NCBI GenBank assembly: GCA_963812925.1
Contig: CAWEXF010000013.1
Span: 92,565-156,564 of the forward strand
Length of the DNA stretch: 64,000 bases
Direction of reading: 5' to 3'
Origin: an uncultured Pseudomonadota bacterium
GTDB lineage: Bacteria; Pseudomonadota; Gammaproteobacteria; Steroidobacterales; Steroidobacteraceae
Part shown: piece after piece, positions 40,130 through 49,169 of the stretch
Layout: every line of letters starts with the position of its first letter
How positions within the stretch are numbered: the first letter of the stretch is position 1
The notes under the pieces: generated by a model
The model's input: the letters and a program-made list of their open reading frames with translations, nothing else
Databases searched by the model: none
Told to the model about the DNA's origin: nothing
Made by a program: the position numbers and the translations under genes

Positions 40130-40963
40130 TCAGCTCCCGGAGCCGCTCGTCTTGTCGTAGTAGTGCGGGTTCTGGCGAATTCCGCCCGGAAACGCCTTAC
40201 GAACCGCCATCCTCAGCCAGCCGTCGGTGCGCAGGGCCAGATCGCGCAGCGGCTGGTCGGGCCGGGCCCTGAAGGTGGTGACGTGGAAGTAATCCGCGCC
40301 GCCCACGGGCACGGCGGAGAAGTAGTAGTTGGAGACGCAGCAGCGATTCCTGGCGGCTCCATTGGGGGAAACGGAATGCCAGGATCCCTGGTGCGTCACC
40401 ATGACAACGAGACGGTTGAAGCGGCTGACTATGGTGAGCGCCTTTCCCCGGGGACCCTCGGGCCAAAGCTCGAGGTTGGCTCCGTCCGCCTCCGTCCACT
40501 CCGGAGATACGTAAAAGAGAAGGTTGATCACACGGTACCGTCGACGATACTTGTCGTGGGAATTGTCGATGTGAGGATTCAGATAATTCCCGTGCGCCAT
40601 CGCGGATATTCCCCCGGCGTAGAGCTGCGCGTCCGGCTCCAGGGCTTCCAGACCCGTGATGTCGTGAATCACCTTGACGACTTCCGGGACTTGAAAGGCG
40701 TAGATGCTTTCCTCCAGCAGGGGGTTGTATCTGTCCATCTGCGCGGCGACGTACTTGACCTCGCGCAGGTCGCGCCGCAGCACCATCTGCGTCAGCTGCG
40801 GAAAGGCGGCCCGGACCTCGTGAGTCCAGTCCTCCGGAAGGAGGTCATCGAGCACGAAATGATTGATGGGCGCGGAAGCGCGCCATTGGCCCGCGAGAGC
40901 GTCGCGCGCCTGTTCGAGCCGCGCGTGAATCCTGCGGCCCATCTCTACTCTGGTCAGCGTCAT
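40130..40963 (-). CDS. 2-oxoglutarate/Fe(II)-dependent oxygenase (prolyl-4-hydroxylase-like fold)
   Basis: HGNYLNPHIDNSHD (HxD) followed by ...SWHSVSPN (distal His) and RLVVM. The track ORF extends to 41041, but its first codons are A/T-ending, so ATG 40963 is preferred. Confidence 0.65.
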   Translation of the reverse strand: MTLTRVEMGRRIHARLEQARDALAGQWRASAPINHFVLDDLLPEDWTHEVRAAFPQLTQMVLRRDLREVKYVAAQMDRYNPLLEESIYAFQVPEVVKVIHDITGLEALEPDAQLYAGGISAMAHGNYLNPHIDNSHDKYRRRYRVINLLFYVSPEWTEADGANLELWPEGPRGKALTIVSRFNRLVVMVTHQGSWHSVSPNGAARNRCCVSNYYFSAVPVGGADYFHVTTFRARPDQPLRDLALRTDGWLRMAVRKAFPGGIRQNPHYYDKTSGSGS

Positions 40964-41129
40964 CTTCCGGGCATCTGCTTGAGTATGATTACTCGATTTT
41001 AGCACCAGCGAGGCCACGCCGGCCCGGCCCATTGACCTCATCTGCCGGTCACGCCATAGTCCGGCCGCGGCGCGGCCTTGCGAGCCAGCAGGTCAGCCCG
41101 CTCCCCCGGTCGGCGATTGTGGAGATTCG

Positions 41130-41948
41130 ATGAGCGTAGCCTCGGCCCAAAGGTTCCAGCACATTCTACGGCATATGCGCCTGCTGGGTGTCGCTGACAA
41201 CTTTCGATACCTGACAACGGTCGTCCGACTGAGGCGCAACAACAGGGAATTCATCGCCGCGAACCCCGGGTTCGACCTTCCTCCCAAGGCCCTCGCTTAC
41301 GATGCTTACTCCGCTCCACACTGGAGCTTCTACAAGCAAAGCGGCATGGAGACTGCGGCATTTCTCGCCGGCATCATCCGGCAGCAGCTTTCCGGGCGTG
41401 ACAGCCTGAGGATTCTGGAATGGGGATGCGGGCCCGCGCGCGTCATTCGCCATCTTCCGGCCGCAGTGGGTGCGACCGCCGAGATCTCCGGGTCCGACTA
41501 CAATCCGGCTTCGATTGACTGGTGCCGAAAGCACATTGCGGGTGTCACTTTCGTAACCAACGGACTCGAGCCGCCGCTGCCGTTCAGCGCCGGCCAACTC
41601 GACTTCATTTATGCCATCTCGGTTTTTACGCATCTGTCCGAGGCGGTTTCCCGTCAGTGGGTGGCGGAGCTGTCCCGCGTTGCCCGACCGGGTGGGTTCC
41701 TCGTCGTCACGACCAACGGCGATTCGATGCAGAGGTCGATGCTGCCGGCGGAGCTGCAGGCCTATCGGACATCGGGTGTCGTCATTCGTGGCCATTTCAC
41801 GGAAGGGAAGCGGTGCTTCTCGTCCATTCACTCGCCCGCCTATGCCAGGCAACAACTGTTCAAGGACCTGGAAGTCGTGCAGCACGTCCCCGGCGGCTTT
41901 CCTCATACGGGCCAGGACTACTGGGTCTTGAGAAAGCCCGGATCCTAG
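41130..41948 (+). CDS. Class I SAM-dependent methyltransferase
   Basis: 272 aa. Motif I is ILEWGCGPARVIRHL, then ISGSDYN and FIYAISVFTHL. Confidence 0.7.
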   Translation: MSVASAQRFQHILRHMRLLGVADNFRYLTTVVRLRRNNREFIAANPGFDLPPKALAYDAYSAPHWSFYKQSGMETAAFLAGIIRQQLSGRDSLRILEWGCGPARVIRHLPAAVGATAEISGSDYNPASIDWCRKHIAGVTFVTNGLEPPLPFSAGQLDFIYAISVFTHLSEAVSRQWVAELSRVARPGGFLVVTTNGDSMQRSMLPAELQAYRTSGVVIRGHFTEGKRCFSSIHSPAYARQQLFKDLEVVQHVPGGFPHTGQDYWVLRKPGS

Positions 41949-41961
41949 CGAGGTGCCGGGG

Positions 41962-42894
41962 TCAAAGCCACCCGGCCAGCGCCGCGATCAGAATCACGCT
42001 GTTGTCTGCGGCGCTGCGCCGGCCGCCGCGGATGCAGAACCCCGCAACTCGGACCCGCCTGGACCATGTCCGCGGAGCTGTCAGTATTGAGCGCCAGGCG
42101 GACACGACCGGCTGGTAGGGGTCTGCCGCCGAGCACAGCCTGGCAATCGCCTCCAGCTGTTTGCCGTACCAGCCACCCCTGATGAGCCTGATTCGCTTCC
42201 ACACGCCGGCGACGCTGCTTTTTGCGCCCGTGTCATTCCCGCGGTGCTGCCTATAGAGCACGGAGGGCGTGGGGTCGAAGGTCCACTGCAGGTTCCATGC
42301 GCGCGCCAGCGCATAGAGCGCCCAGTCGTGGTAGTGGATGTCCCGCGTCAGGGCGGTGTTGTGAGCAAGGAAGTCACGCGTGCGGCTGTAGAATTCCGCA
42401 GCCAGCACGAACGTACAACCCTGCCCGATGCCGCCGAACAGGAAGTCCGAAGCGGTCGCACGGCTTTTCTGGCTGAGTACGGCTGAGCGGCCGTTTTCCC
42501 AGACAGCCAGAGTAGCGCTGGAATAACCGGCGCAGGCAGTCTTGCGCAACCGTTCGCAGGCCCGGTAGAGCTTGTCGGCGTGCCACTCGTCGTCCTGATC
42601 GGCGAGGGCGACGAAATCGAAACCCGCGGCGGGATTTTCCAGGATCAGGGCAAAGAAGTTCTGCGCGGCCGATCCGGACGGCGTATCCCCCGGCGTCAGG
42701 CTGACTCTCTCATCGCCGAGGAAGGGTGCGACGCGATCACGCGTTTCGTCGATCGATGCGTCGTCTCTGACGACAACGCGAATGTCGACGTCTCGTTGCG
42801 TGAGGATGGATCGAAGCTGCTCTCCGACCCAGGGGGCTCCATTGTGAGCCGCTAGCAGTACGAGAATCTTCGGGCGTGAATCAGTACGCGCCAC
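41962..42894 (-). CDS. Family 2 glycosyltransferase (rhamnosyltransferase-like)
   Basis: (GTG)ARTDSRPKILVLLAAHNGAPWVGEQLRSILTQRDVDIRVVVRDDASIDET...LADQDDEW. Confidence 0.8.
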   Translation of the reverse strand: MARTDSRPKILVLLAAHNGAPWVGEQLRSILTQRDVDIRVVVRDDASIDETRDRVAPFLGDERVSLTPGDTPSGSAAQNFFALILENPAAGFDFVALADQDDEWHADKLYRACERLRKTACAGYSSATLAVWENGRSAVLSQKSRATASDFLFGGIGQGCTFVLAAEFYSRTRDFLAHNTALTRDIHYHDWALYALARAWNLQWTFDPTPSVLYRQHRGNDTGAKSSVAGVWKRIRLIRGGWYGKQLEAIARLCSAADPYQPVVSAWRSILTAPRTWSRRVRVAGFCIRGGRRSAADNSVILIAALAGWL

Positions 42895-43618
42895 TTCCGC
42901 CCAGGACTACCCGTGTGGTCTTGAACAGGATGTACAGATCCAGCATGAGGTTCTGATTACGCACGTAGTACGTGTCGAGGACCACGCGGCGCCGATAGTC
43001 AGTATCGTTTCGCCCCTTGACCTGCCAAAGGCCGGTGATTCCCGGCTTGGCCGACAGGTAGGTGCGCACGTTGCGGCCGTATCGGAGCAACTCTTCTCTG
43101 ACCACCGGGCGGGGACCGACGAGACTCATCTCGCCGCGCATGACGTTCCAAAGCTGCGGTAGCTCGTCCAGGCTCGTTCGCCGCAGGAACCTGCCGAGGC
43201 GCGTCACCCGCGGATCGCACCGCAGCTTGTGGTCGCGCACCCATTCAGCCTTCATGGCCGGATCCCGCTCGAGCACCTCGCGCAGCACCTGCTCGGCATT
43301 CGGCACCATGGTCCTGAACTTCAGGCACTCGAACGCGCGGCCGTCGCGCCCGATGCGACGGTGCTTGTAGATGATCGAGCCCCCCTCCCGGTGCATGAGG
43401 ACGGCAATCGCCAGGATCAGCGGCGAGAAGACGATGGCGAGCACGATCGCACCCAGTACATCGAGAATTCTTTTGACTGGAGCGTACGGCGAGGCGGGTG
43501 GGGCGGTTGGAGACGCGGGCTGCGCCGGGACCTCTTCCCATGCCGGCTCGAACGAATGCAGGCCCGAAGTCCCACGGTCGAAGGCCACGGCGCCATCCGC
43601 CTGGAGATCAGAGTTCAT
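42881..43618 (-). CDS. Initiating undecaprenyl-phosphate sugar phosphotransferase (small monotopic PGT, 'bacterial sugar transferase' family)
   Basis: KRILDVLGAIVLAIVFSPLILAIAVLM...GSIIYKHRRIGRDGRAFECLKFRTM...DELPQLWNVMRGEMSLVGPRP. ATG 43618 is preceded by GGGGAG. The track ORF extends to 43732. Confidence 0.85.
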   Translation of the reverse strand: MNSDLQADGAVAFDRGTSGLHSFEPAWEEVPAQPASPTAPPASPYAPVKRILDVLGAIVLAIVFSPLILAIAVLMHREGGSIIYKHRRIGRDGRAFECLKFRTMVPNAEQVLREVLERDPAMKAEWVRDHKLRCDPRVTRLGRFLRRTSLDELPQLWNVMRGEMSLVGPRPVVREELLRYGRNVRTYLSAKPGITGLWQVKGRNDTDYRRRVVLDTYYVRNQNLMLDLYILFKTTRVVLGGSGAY

Positions 43619-43760
43619 GCGTCGCTCCCCGGCCGAGACCAGATGAGGCCGGAGGGGCGGTCTGCGCGCCTGTCCGGCGCCCGGCAGTCTCTGGGATGCT
43701 GCCTCGTTTGCATGCTGCGTCGACAAGATCAAGTCTCCTTCCCAGACTCAATAACTGACC

Positions 43761-43782
43761 ACTGTCGCGCGCAGGCGACAGT
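43761..43782. repeat. Inverted repeat ACTGTCGC-gcgcag-GCGACAGT in the leader upstream of the phosphoglycosyltransferase gene
   Basis: 8-bp perfect stem with a 6-nt loop, read directly. Function unknown. Confidence 0.4.
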
Positions 43783-44153
43783 TGCGATGTTGAGTATTTC
43801 CGGCTCCCGCGGCTTCATTCAAGAACTGGCTCCACATTTCAGAAACTTAACGGCTGTATGTTGTGGAAGTTGACTAGTGCGTCCGGTTCGCACCCCTGAG
43901 CTCATGCAAGTAACGTGCATGGGTTCACAGTCCCCGTAGGTAGGCATGAGCAAATCGCGCTCCCGCCGGGTGCTGCCCTCCGGTAGGTGCTCTGGGAGCG
44001 GTGCGAGGTTCCGTCGGACTTCCAGCCCAGCCATCATGGCTATGGGAAGCGCTGCGGTCGTTGCGGCAGAGCGTTCGCTGCGGGCGCGCCCGTCGTGAGC
44101 CAGAATGATGTTGCTATCGTGAGACCATGCATCAGCTTGTCTGTCCAGCCAAG

Positions 44154-44171
44154 CAACCGCGTGCGCGGTTG
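44154..44171. repeat. 18-bp near-perfect palindrome CAACCGCG-tg-CGCGGTTG in the divergent control region
   Basis: 8+2+8 palindrome read directly. The 2-nt centre makes it more likely a dimeric protein-binding site than an RNA hairpin. Confidence 0.4.
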
Positions 44172-44282
44172 AGGTGATCCCCCTCGTCTGCTTGCTTCTT
44201 CTCAGGTCGGCGCGAAGTATACCTAGACCTTGAGGGGTTTGAAAACACAAAGTTCAACTCGGATAAGCACTTCCGACACGGC

Positions 44283-44315
44283 GGCGGCCGATTTTGACTC
44301 GGCGGAACGGCCGCC
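44283..44315. repeat. Inverted repeat GGCGGCCG-(17 nt)-CGGCCGCC about 70 nt upstream of the ugd start
   Basis: 8-bp GC stem read directly. No U-tract on either strand. Confidence 0.35.
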
Positions 44316-44384
44316 AAGGCCTGGAGTCAGCCTAGGCAGGTCTCATGCTTGAGGGCGGTTCAGCCTTCCGTTACGCTGCCTCAA

Positions 44385-45728
44385 ATGCGTGTCACGATTT
44401 TCGGCTCCGGATATGTCGGTTTGGTGACGGGAGCCTGCCTGGCGGACGCCGGCAATCATGTCGTGTGTGTCGATGTCGACGCAGCCAAGATCGAGCGGCT
44501 GAAGCGCGGCGACATCCCGATCCATGAGCCCGGCCTCGAGGCCCTGATCCGCCGCAATGCGGAAGCCGGCCGTGTCGAATTCACCACAGATGCCGTCCGT
44601 GGCGTGGAGCACGGGCTCTTCCAGCTGATTGCGGTGGGGACGCCACCAGACGAGGACGGCTCGGCGGACCTGCGATATGTGCTGGCGGCCGCCCGGACCA
44701 TCGCCGGCCACATGAGCCGCTACTGCGTCGTTGTTACCAAGTCTACGGTACCGGTGGGAACGGCGGACAAAGTGCGCCGGGAGATTGCCGCAAGCCTGAA
44801 GGCGCGGGGCGCGACGGTCGAATTCGACGTCGTCTCCAATCCTGAATTCCTCAAGGAGGGCGCTGCGGTCCAGGACTTCATGAAGCCGGACCGTGTGGTC
44901 GTGGGCGCCGACAATCCGCGCACGACGGAGTTGATGCGGGCCCTCTATGAGCCATTCACCCGCAACCACGATCGCTTGATAGTGATGGACATCCGCTCCG
45001 CGGAGCTCACCAAGTACGCGGCGAACGCCATGCTCGCCACCAAGATCAGCTTCATGAACGAGCTGGCGAACCTCGCGGAGCGAGTGGGGGCGGACATCGA
45101 GAAGGTCCGCGTCGGCATCGGCTCCGATCCGCGCATCGGCTATAGCTTCATCTATCCCGGGACCGGTTACGGCGGCTCCTGCTTTCCCAAGGATGTCCGG
45201 GCGCTGATCCGTTCGGCGCGTGAAGTCGATCACGAGCCGCAGATTCTGGCCGCGGTGGAGGCGGTGAACACTCGCCAGAAGGAAGTCCTGGTCGAGAAGA
45301 TGCGGCAGCATTTCGGGGAGCGGCTGCAGGGCTGCACCATCGCCATTTGGGGCCTTGCCTTCAAGCCCAATACCGACGACATGCGAGAGGCGCCGGCGCG
45401 CACCATCATCGATCGTCTGTTGCAGGCCGGGGCGCGGGTGCGCGCGTATGATCCCGTGGCGGCAGCTGAAGCGGGGCGGATCTACGCTGGCGATCAGCGC
45501 TTCGAGCTCGCGCGCAATGCATACGAGGCGGCGGAGGGCGCGGACGCCCTCGCGATCGTGACGGAATGGCAGGAATTCCGCAGTCCGGACTTCGAGCGTC
45601 TGAAACAATTACTAAAAACTCCGCTCATCTTCGACGGCCGCAATCTCTACGATCCGGTGATGGTCGGCCGCTTCGGTCTGACCTACCATGCGATCGGGCG
45701 CGCGCGGCCGGTCGAGCGGCGAACCTGA
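44385..45728 (+). CDS. ugd: UDP-glucose 6-dehydrogenase
   Basis: [32 protein letters not shown]...GGSCFPKDV. Start is at ATG 44385, inside the longer track ORF. Confidence 0.95.
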   Translation: MRVTIFGSGYVGLVTGACLADAGNHVVCVDVDAAKIERLKRGDIPIHEPGLEALIRRNAEAGRVEFTTDAVRGVEHGLFQLIAVGTPPDEDGSADLRYVLAAARTIAGHMSRYCVVVTKSTVPVGTADKVRREIAASLKARGATVEFDVVSNPEFLKEGAAVQDFMKPDRVVVGADNPRTTELMRALYEPFTRNHDRLIVMDIRSAELTKYAANAMLATKISFMNELANLAERVGADIEKVRVGIGSDPRIGYSFIYPGTGYGGSCFPKDVRALIRSAREVDHEPQILAAVEAVNTRQKEVLVEKMRQHFGERLQGCTIAIWGLAFKPNTDDMREAPARTIIDRLLQAGARVRAYDPVAAAEAGRIYAGDQRFELARNAYEAAEGADALAIVTEWQEFRSPDFERLKQLLKTPLIFDGRNLYDPVMVGRFGLTYHAIGRARPVERRT

Positions 45729-45741
45729 ACCGGTAACTTCC

Positions 45742-47178
45742 ATGCTCACGCTCACTCCAGTCATCCTTTCCGGCGGCGCCGGTACGCGCCTTTGGCCCCT
45801 GTCGCGCGAGCTCTACCCGAAGCAGCTTCTCGCGCTCACGGGCGAACGGACCATGATCCAGCAAACCGCGCTGCGTCTGGAAGGTCTGGGGGCGGCCGGA
45901 CCGGTGGTCGTATGCAACGAGGCGCACCGCTTCCTCGTCGCGGAGCAGCTGCGCCAGCTGGCCATCGCGCCGCAGGCGATCGTGCTCGAGCCGGCCGGCC
46001 GCAATACGGCCCCGGCCATCGCCCTCGCCGCCCATGCGGCCCTCAAGGGGGCGGCCCCACAGGCAGCCAGCGATCTGCTGCTGCTCGTGCTCCCGGCCGA
46101 CCACGTGATCCGGGACGTTCCCGCCTTCCACAAGGCGGTGCACTCGGCCCTCGACGCTGCCCAGCAGGGGCAGCTCGTGACTTTTGGCATAGTGCCCACC
46201 AGCCCGGAGACCGGGTATGGGTACATCCAGCGGGGTCCCGCGAGCGGCGCGGTGTATCGGATTGCGCGCTTCGTAGAGAAGCCCGGCGCCGCGGTGGCCA
46301 GGGACCTCGTCGCGACCGGCGACTACTACTGGAATAGCGGCATGTTCCTTTTCGGCGCCCGGCGCTACCTCGAGGAGCTGGGACGGCTCGCGCCCGGGAT
46401 CGCGAGCGCCTGCGCGGCGGCTTTCGCGGCCGCGAAGGCCGACCTCGACTTCACGCGGGTCGACAAGCAGCTGTTCGAGGCTTGCCCGAGCGACTCGATC
46501 GATTATGCGGTGATGGAGAAGACGGCTGATGCGGTGGTCGTGCCGCTGGCGGCTGGCTGGAGCGATGTCGGGTCCTGGGCGGCGCTGCACGAGGCCAGCG
46601 AGCCGGATGCGCACGGCAATGTTTCCCGCGGGGATGTGATCTGCGAAGACTCGGAGGGATGCTATCTCTACTCCGAGAGTCGGTTGGTATCGGCCGTAGG
46701 TCTCAAGGACCACGTGGTGGTGGAAACCAAGGACGCCGTCATGGTCGCGCCCCGCAACCGCGTGCAGGACGTGAAGAAGCTGGTCTCCAGGCTGAAGGAG
46801 CAGGGGCGCTACGAGCACTCTCTGCACCGCGAGGTGTTCCGTCCCTGGGGCAGCTACGACAGCATCGAGAACGGTCCGCGCTTTCAGGTGAAGCGCCTGA
46901 AGGTCAAGCCGGGTGCCGTGCTCTCCCTGCAGTTGCATCACCACCGCGCGGAGCATTGGATCGTCGTGTCCGGCACGGCACGCATCACGCGTGGAGACGA
47001 GGTTTTCCTTCTCGAGGAGAATCAATCGACCTACATACCCATCGGGGTGCGTCATCGGATCGAGAACCCGGGCAAGATCCCGTTGCACATCATCGAGGTG
47101 CAGTCCGGGTCGTACCTGGGTGAGGACGACATCGTGCGGCTCGAGGATCACTACGGGCGCAAGGGGACGACGACTTAG
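45742..47178 (+). CDS. manC: Bifunctional mannose-1-phosphate guanylyltransferase / mannose-6-phosphate isomerase (type II PMI-GMP)
   Basis: [22 protein letters not shown]..., with C-terminal cupin [45 protein letters not shown]. Confidence 0.95.
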   Translation: MLTLTPVILSGGAGTRLWPLSRELYPKQLLALTGERTMIQQTALRLEGLGAAGPVVVCNEAHRFLVAEQLRQLAIAPQAIVLEPAGRNTAPAIALAAHAALKGAAPQAASDLLLLVLPADHVIRDVPAFHKAVHSALDAAQQGQLVTFGIVPTSPETGYGYIQRGPASGAVYRIARFVEKPGAAVARDLVATGDYYWNSGMFLFGARRYLEELGRLAPGIASACAAAFAAAKADLDFTRVDKQLFEACPSDSIDYAVMEKTADAVVVPLAAGWSDVGSWAALHEASEPDAHGNVSRGDVICEDSEGCYLYSESRLVSAVGLKDHVVVETKDAVMVAPRNRVQDVKKLVSRLKEQGRYEHSLHREVFRPWGSYDSIENGPRFQVKRLKVKPGAVLSLQLHHHRAEHWIVVSGTARITRGDEVFLLEENQSTYIPIGVRHRIENPGKIPLHIIEVQSGSYLGEDDIVRLEDHYGRKGTTT

Positions 47179-47183
47179 CCGAC

Positions 47184-48536
47184 ATGACGAACCTGAACTC
47201 CTTCAAGGCGTACGACATCCGCGGCCGCATCCCGGACGAGATCAACGAATCGCTGGCGTATGACATCGGTCGGGCATTCACCGCGCTCGTGGCGCCCAGG
47301 CGTGTGGCGGTCGGTTACGACATCCGCCTGTCCAGCCCGGGTTTGGCGGCCGCTTTGAAGCGGGGTCTCACCGACTGCGGGGCGGACGTCCTCGATATCG
47401 GCCTGGGCGGCACGGAGGGAGCGTATTTCGCCACCTTCGCCGAGTCTCTCGACGGCGGCATCATGGTGACGGCCAGCCACAACCCGCCGGATTACAACGG
47501 CATGAAGTTCGTACGGGAGCAGGCGCGGCCGGTGAGCAGCGACACCGGGCTGAACGACATGCGCGCCATGATCGAGGCGGGCAGCCTGCCCGCGAAGGCG
47601 GCCAAGCCGGGAACGGAGCGGCCGCTCGACATCCGTGCCAAGTACCTCGAACACCTGTTGGGTTATGTGGACCGCTCCAAGCTGCGCCGGCTCAAGGTGG
47701 TCGTGAATCCGGGCAACGGTGGCGCCGGGCTGATCATCGATCAGCTCGAGCCGCACCTGCCCTTCGAGTTCATCAAGGTGAATCACCAGCCGGACGGGAC
47801 CTTCCCCAACGGTATTCCCAATCCGATGCTGCAGGAGAACCGCGCGGCCACGGCGGAGGTCGTGCGCCGCTCCGGCGCCGATGTCGGCTTGGCCTGGGAC
47901 GGGGATTACGACCGCTGCTTCTTCTTCGACGAGCACGGCAACTTCATCGAAGGCTACTACCTCGTCGGGCTGCTGGCGGAGGTCTTCCTGGCGCGCGAGC
48001 GCGGCGGGCGCATCGTGCACGACCCGCGCCTCACCTGGAACACCATCGATCTGGTGCGGCGCCATGGAGGCGAGCCCGTGCTGTGCAAGTCGGGCCACGC
48101 CTTCATCAAACAGAAGATGCGGCAGGTCGACGGCGTGTACGGCGGTGAGATGAGCGCGCACCATTACTTTCGCAGCTTTTCCTACTGCGACAGCGGCATG
48201 ATCCCATGGCTCATCGTGCTGCAGGTGATCGCGCAGCGCGGGCCGTTGTCGCAGCTCGTCGGCGAGCGCATGCGGTTGTTCCCGATCAGCGGCGAGATCA
48301 ACCGGCACCTGAAGTCCGACGCCAAGTCCATCCTGGCCCGGGCGCGGCAACGGTACGAGCCCGATGCGCTCGCCGCCGACTTCACCGACGGGCTGTCGCT
48401 GGAGTTCCCGCAGTGGCGCTTCAACCTGCGCGGATCCAACACGGAGCCGCTGGTGCGGCTGAACGTGGAGTCGCGCGGCAGCGAGGCGCTGATGCGCGAG
48501 AAAACCGCGGAGCTGCTGCGGTTGATCGAGGCGTGA
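47184..48536 (+). CDS. manB: Phosphomannomutase/phosphoglucomutase
   Basis: FKAYDIRGRIPDEIN...VTASHNPPDYNGMKF...GLAWDGDYDRCFF...GGEMSAHHYF. Confidence 0.9.
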   Translation: MTNLNSFKAYDIRGRIPDEINESLAYDIGRAFTALVAPRRVAVGYDIRLSSPGLAAALKRGLTDCGADVLDIGLGGTEGAYFATFAESLDGGIMVTASHNPPDYNGMKFVREQARPVSSDTGLNDMRAMIEAGSLPAKAAKPGTERPLDIRAKYLEHLLGYVDRSKLRRLKVVVNPGNGGAGLIIDQLEPHLPFEFIKVNHQPDGTFPNGIPNPMLQENRAATAEVVRRSGADVGLAWDGDYDRCFFFDEHGNFIEGYYLVGLLAEVFLARERGGRIVHDPRLTWNTIDLVRRHGGEPVLCKSGHAFIKQKMRQVDGVYGGEMSAHHYFRSFSYCDSGMIPWLIVLQVIAQRGPLSQLVGERMRLFPISGEINRHLKSDAKSILARARQRYEPDALAADFTDGLSLEFPQWRFNLRGSNTEPLVRLNVESRGSEALMREKTAELLRLIEA

Positions 48537-48640
48537 GGCGGTCGGCCATACGCAGCGAAGTTTGCCAATTGTGTACGTTGGCGCCGGGTATATGATTTGC
48601 TCAACGCGGCTGGGCTGGCCCCCATCGGCAGGGAAACCCT

Positions 48641-49042
48641 TTGCACGATAAGACGCGACCGTTGCGAGTGCTCATCGCGGAGAACCACCGGGATCTCAGC
48701 GACATCATGAGCCAGTTGATCGATACCGAGGCGGACATGAGCTGCGTCGGTCAGGTAGCCGACGCGGCCGACGTGGTCGCCGTGGCGCGGCGCACGGAGG
48801 CCGACGTCGTCATTCTGGATCTCATGCTGCAGGGCGGCAGTGGGTTGCCACTGATCGCGGAGCTGTCAGCCGCCCTGCCGTCGCTGCGTATCGTCGTGTT
48901 CAGCGGGATAGCCTTCAGCGAGGATGTCGCCCGTGAGGCCAGGCGCCGCGGGGCGGCCGCCTTCGTCACCAAGGGGGCCGATTTCGAGGTGCTGCTCGAC
49001 GCCGTCAGGCGCGGCCTGCCTCCCGAAGCACGAAGTGCGTAG
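48641..49042 (+). CDS. Stand-alone response-regulator receiver domain protein
   Basis: 133 aa. LRVLIAENHRDL..., phospho-acceptor context DVVILDLMLQGGSG, then VVFSG and FVTKGA. TTG start. Confidence 0.8.
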   Translation: MHDKTRPLRVLIAENHRDLSDIMSQLIDTEADMSCVGQVADAADVVAVARRTEADVVILDLMLQGGSGLPLIAELSAALPSLRIVVFSGIAFSEDVAREARRRGAAAFVTKGADFEVLLDAVRRGLPPEARSA

Positions 49043-49169
49043 GGGACGCCGCCCTGAGCCCGGCCTGAGGCTTGACGGGCGCCTGTCGGTATGCAGAGAC
49101 ACTGGCTCTTGGACTCGGCGACGAGTACCTTTCGATGTTCATCCTCACTTTTTGATCGGGGGCCATCTC

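Noticed and set aside
43877-43893. tRNA T-arm-like hairpin GTGCG-tccggtt-CGCAC (possible tRNA or att remnant)
   Set aside because: The loop lacks the TTCRANY signature on either strand. No acceptor, D or anticodon arms can be built around it.
43980-43989. ops/JUMPStart-like element (CCGGTAGGTG) in the polysaccharide control region
   Set aside because: Only the GGTAG core matches the GGCGGTAGCGTG ops consensus, and the flanks disagree. This is too weak to call an RfaH recruitment site.
43819-44250. 143-aa minus-strand ORF in the long intergenic region upstream of the phosphoglycosyltransferase gene
   Set aside because: It has many A/T-ending codons, unlike every confident gene in the window. 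It has no recognisable motif, signal peptide or convincing SD. It is treated as non-coding leader DNA, but it is flagged in a finding because expression data could overturn this.
48565-48600. Possible sigma-70 promoter (TTGTGT-16 nt-TATGAT) upstream of the receiver-domain gene
   Set aside because: The -35 matches only 3 of 6 positions. It is plausible but cannot be told apart from chance without TSS data.
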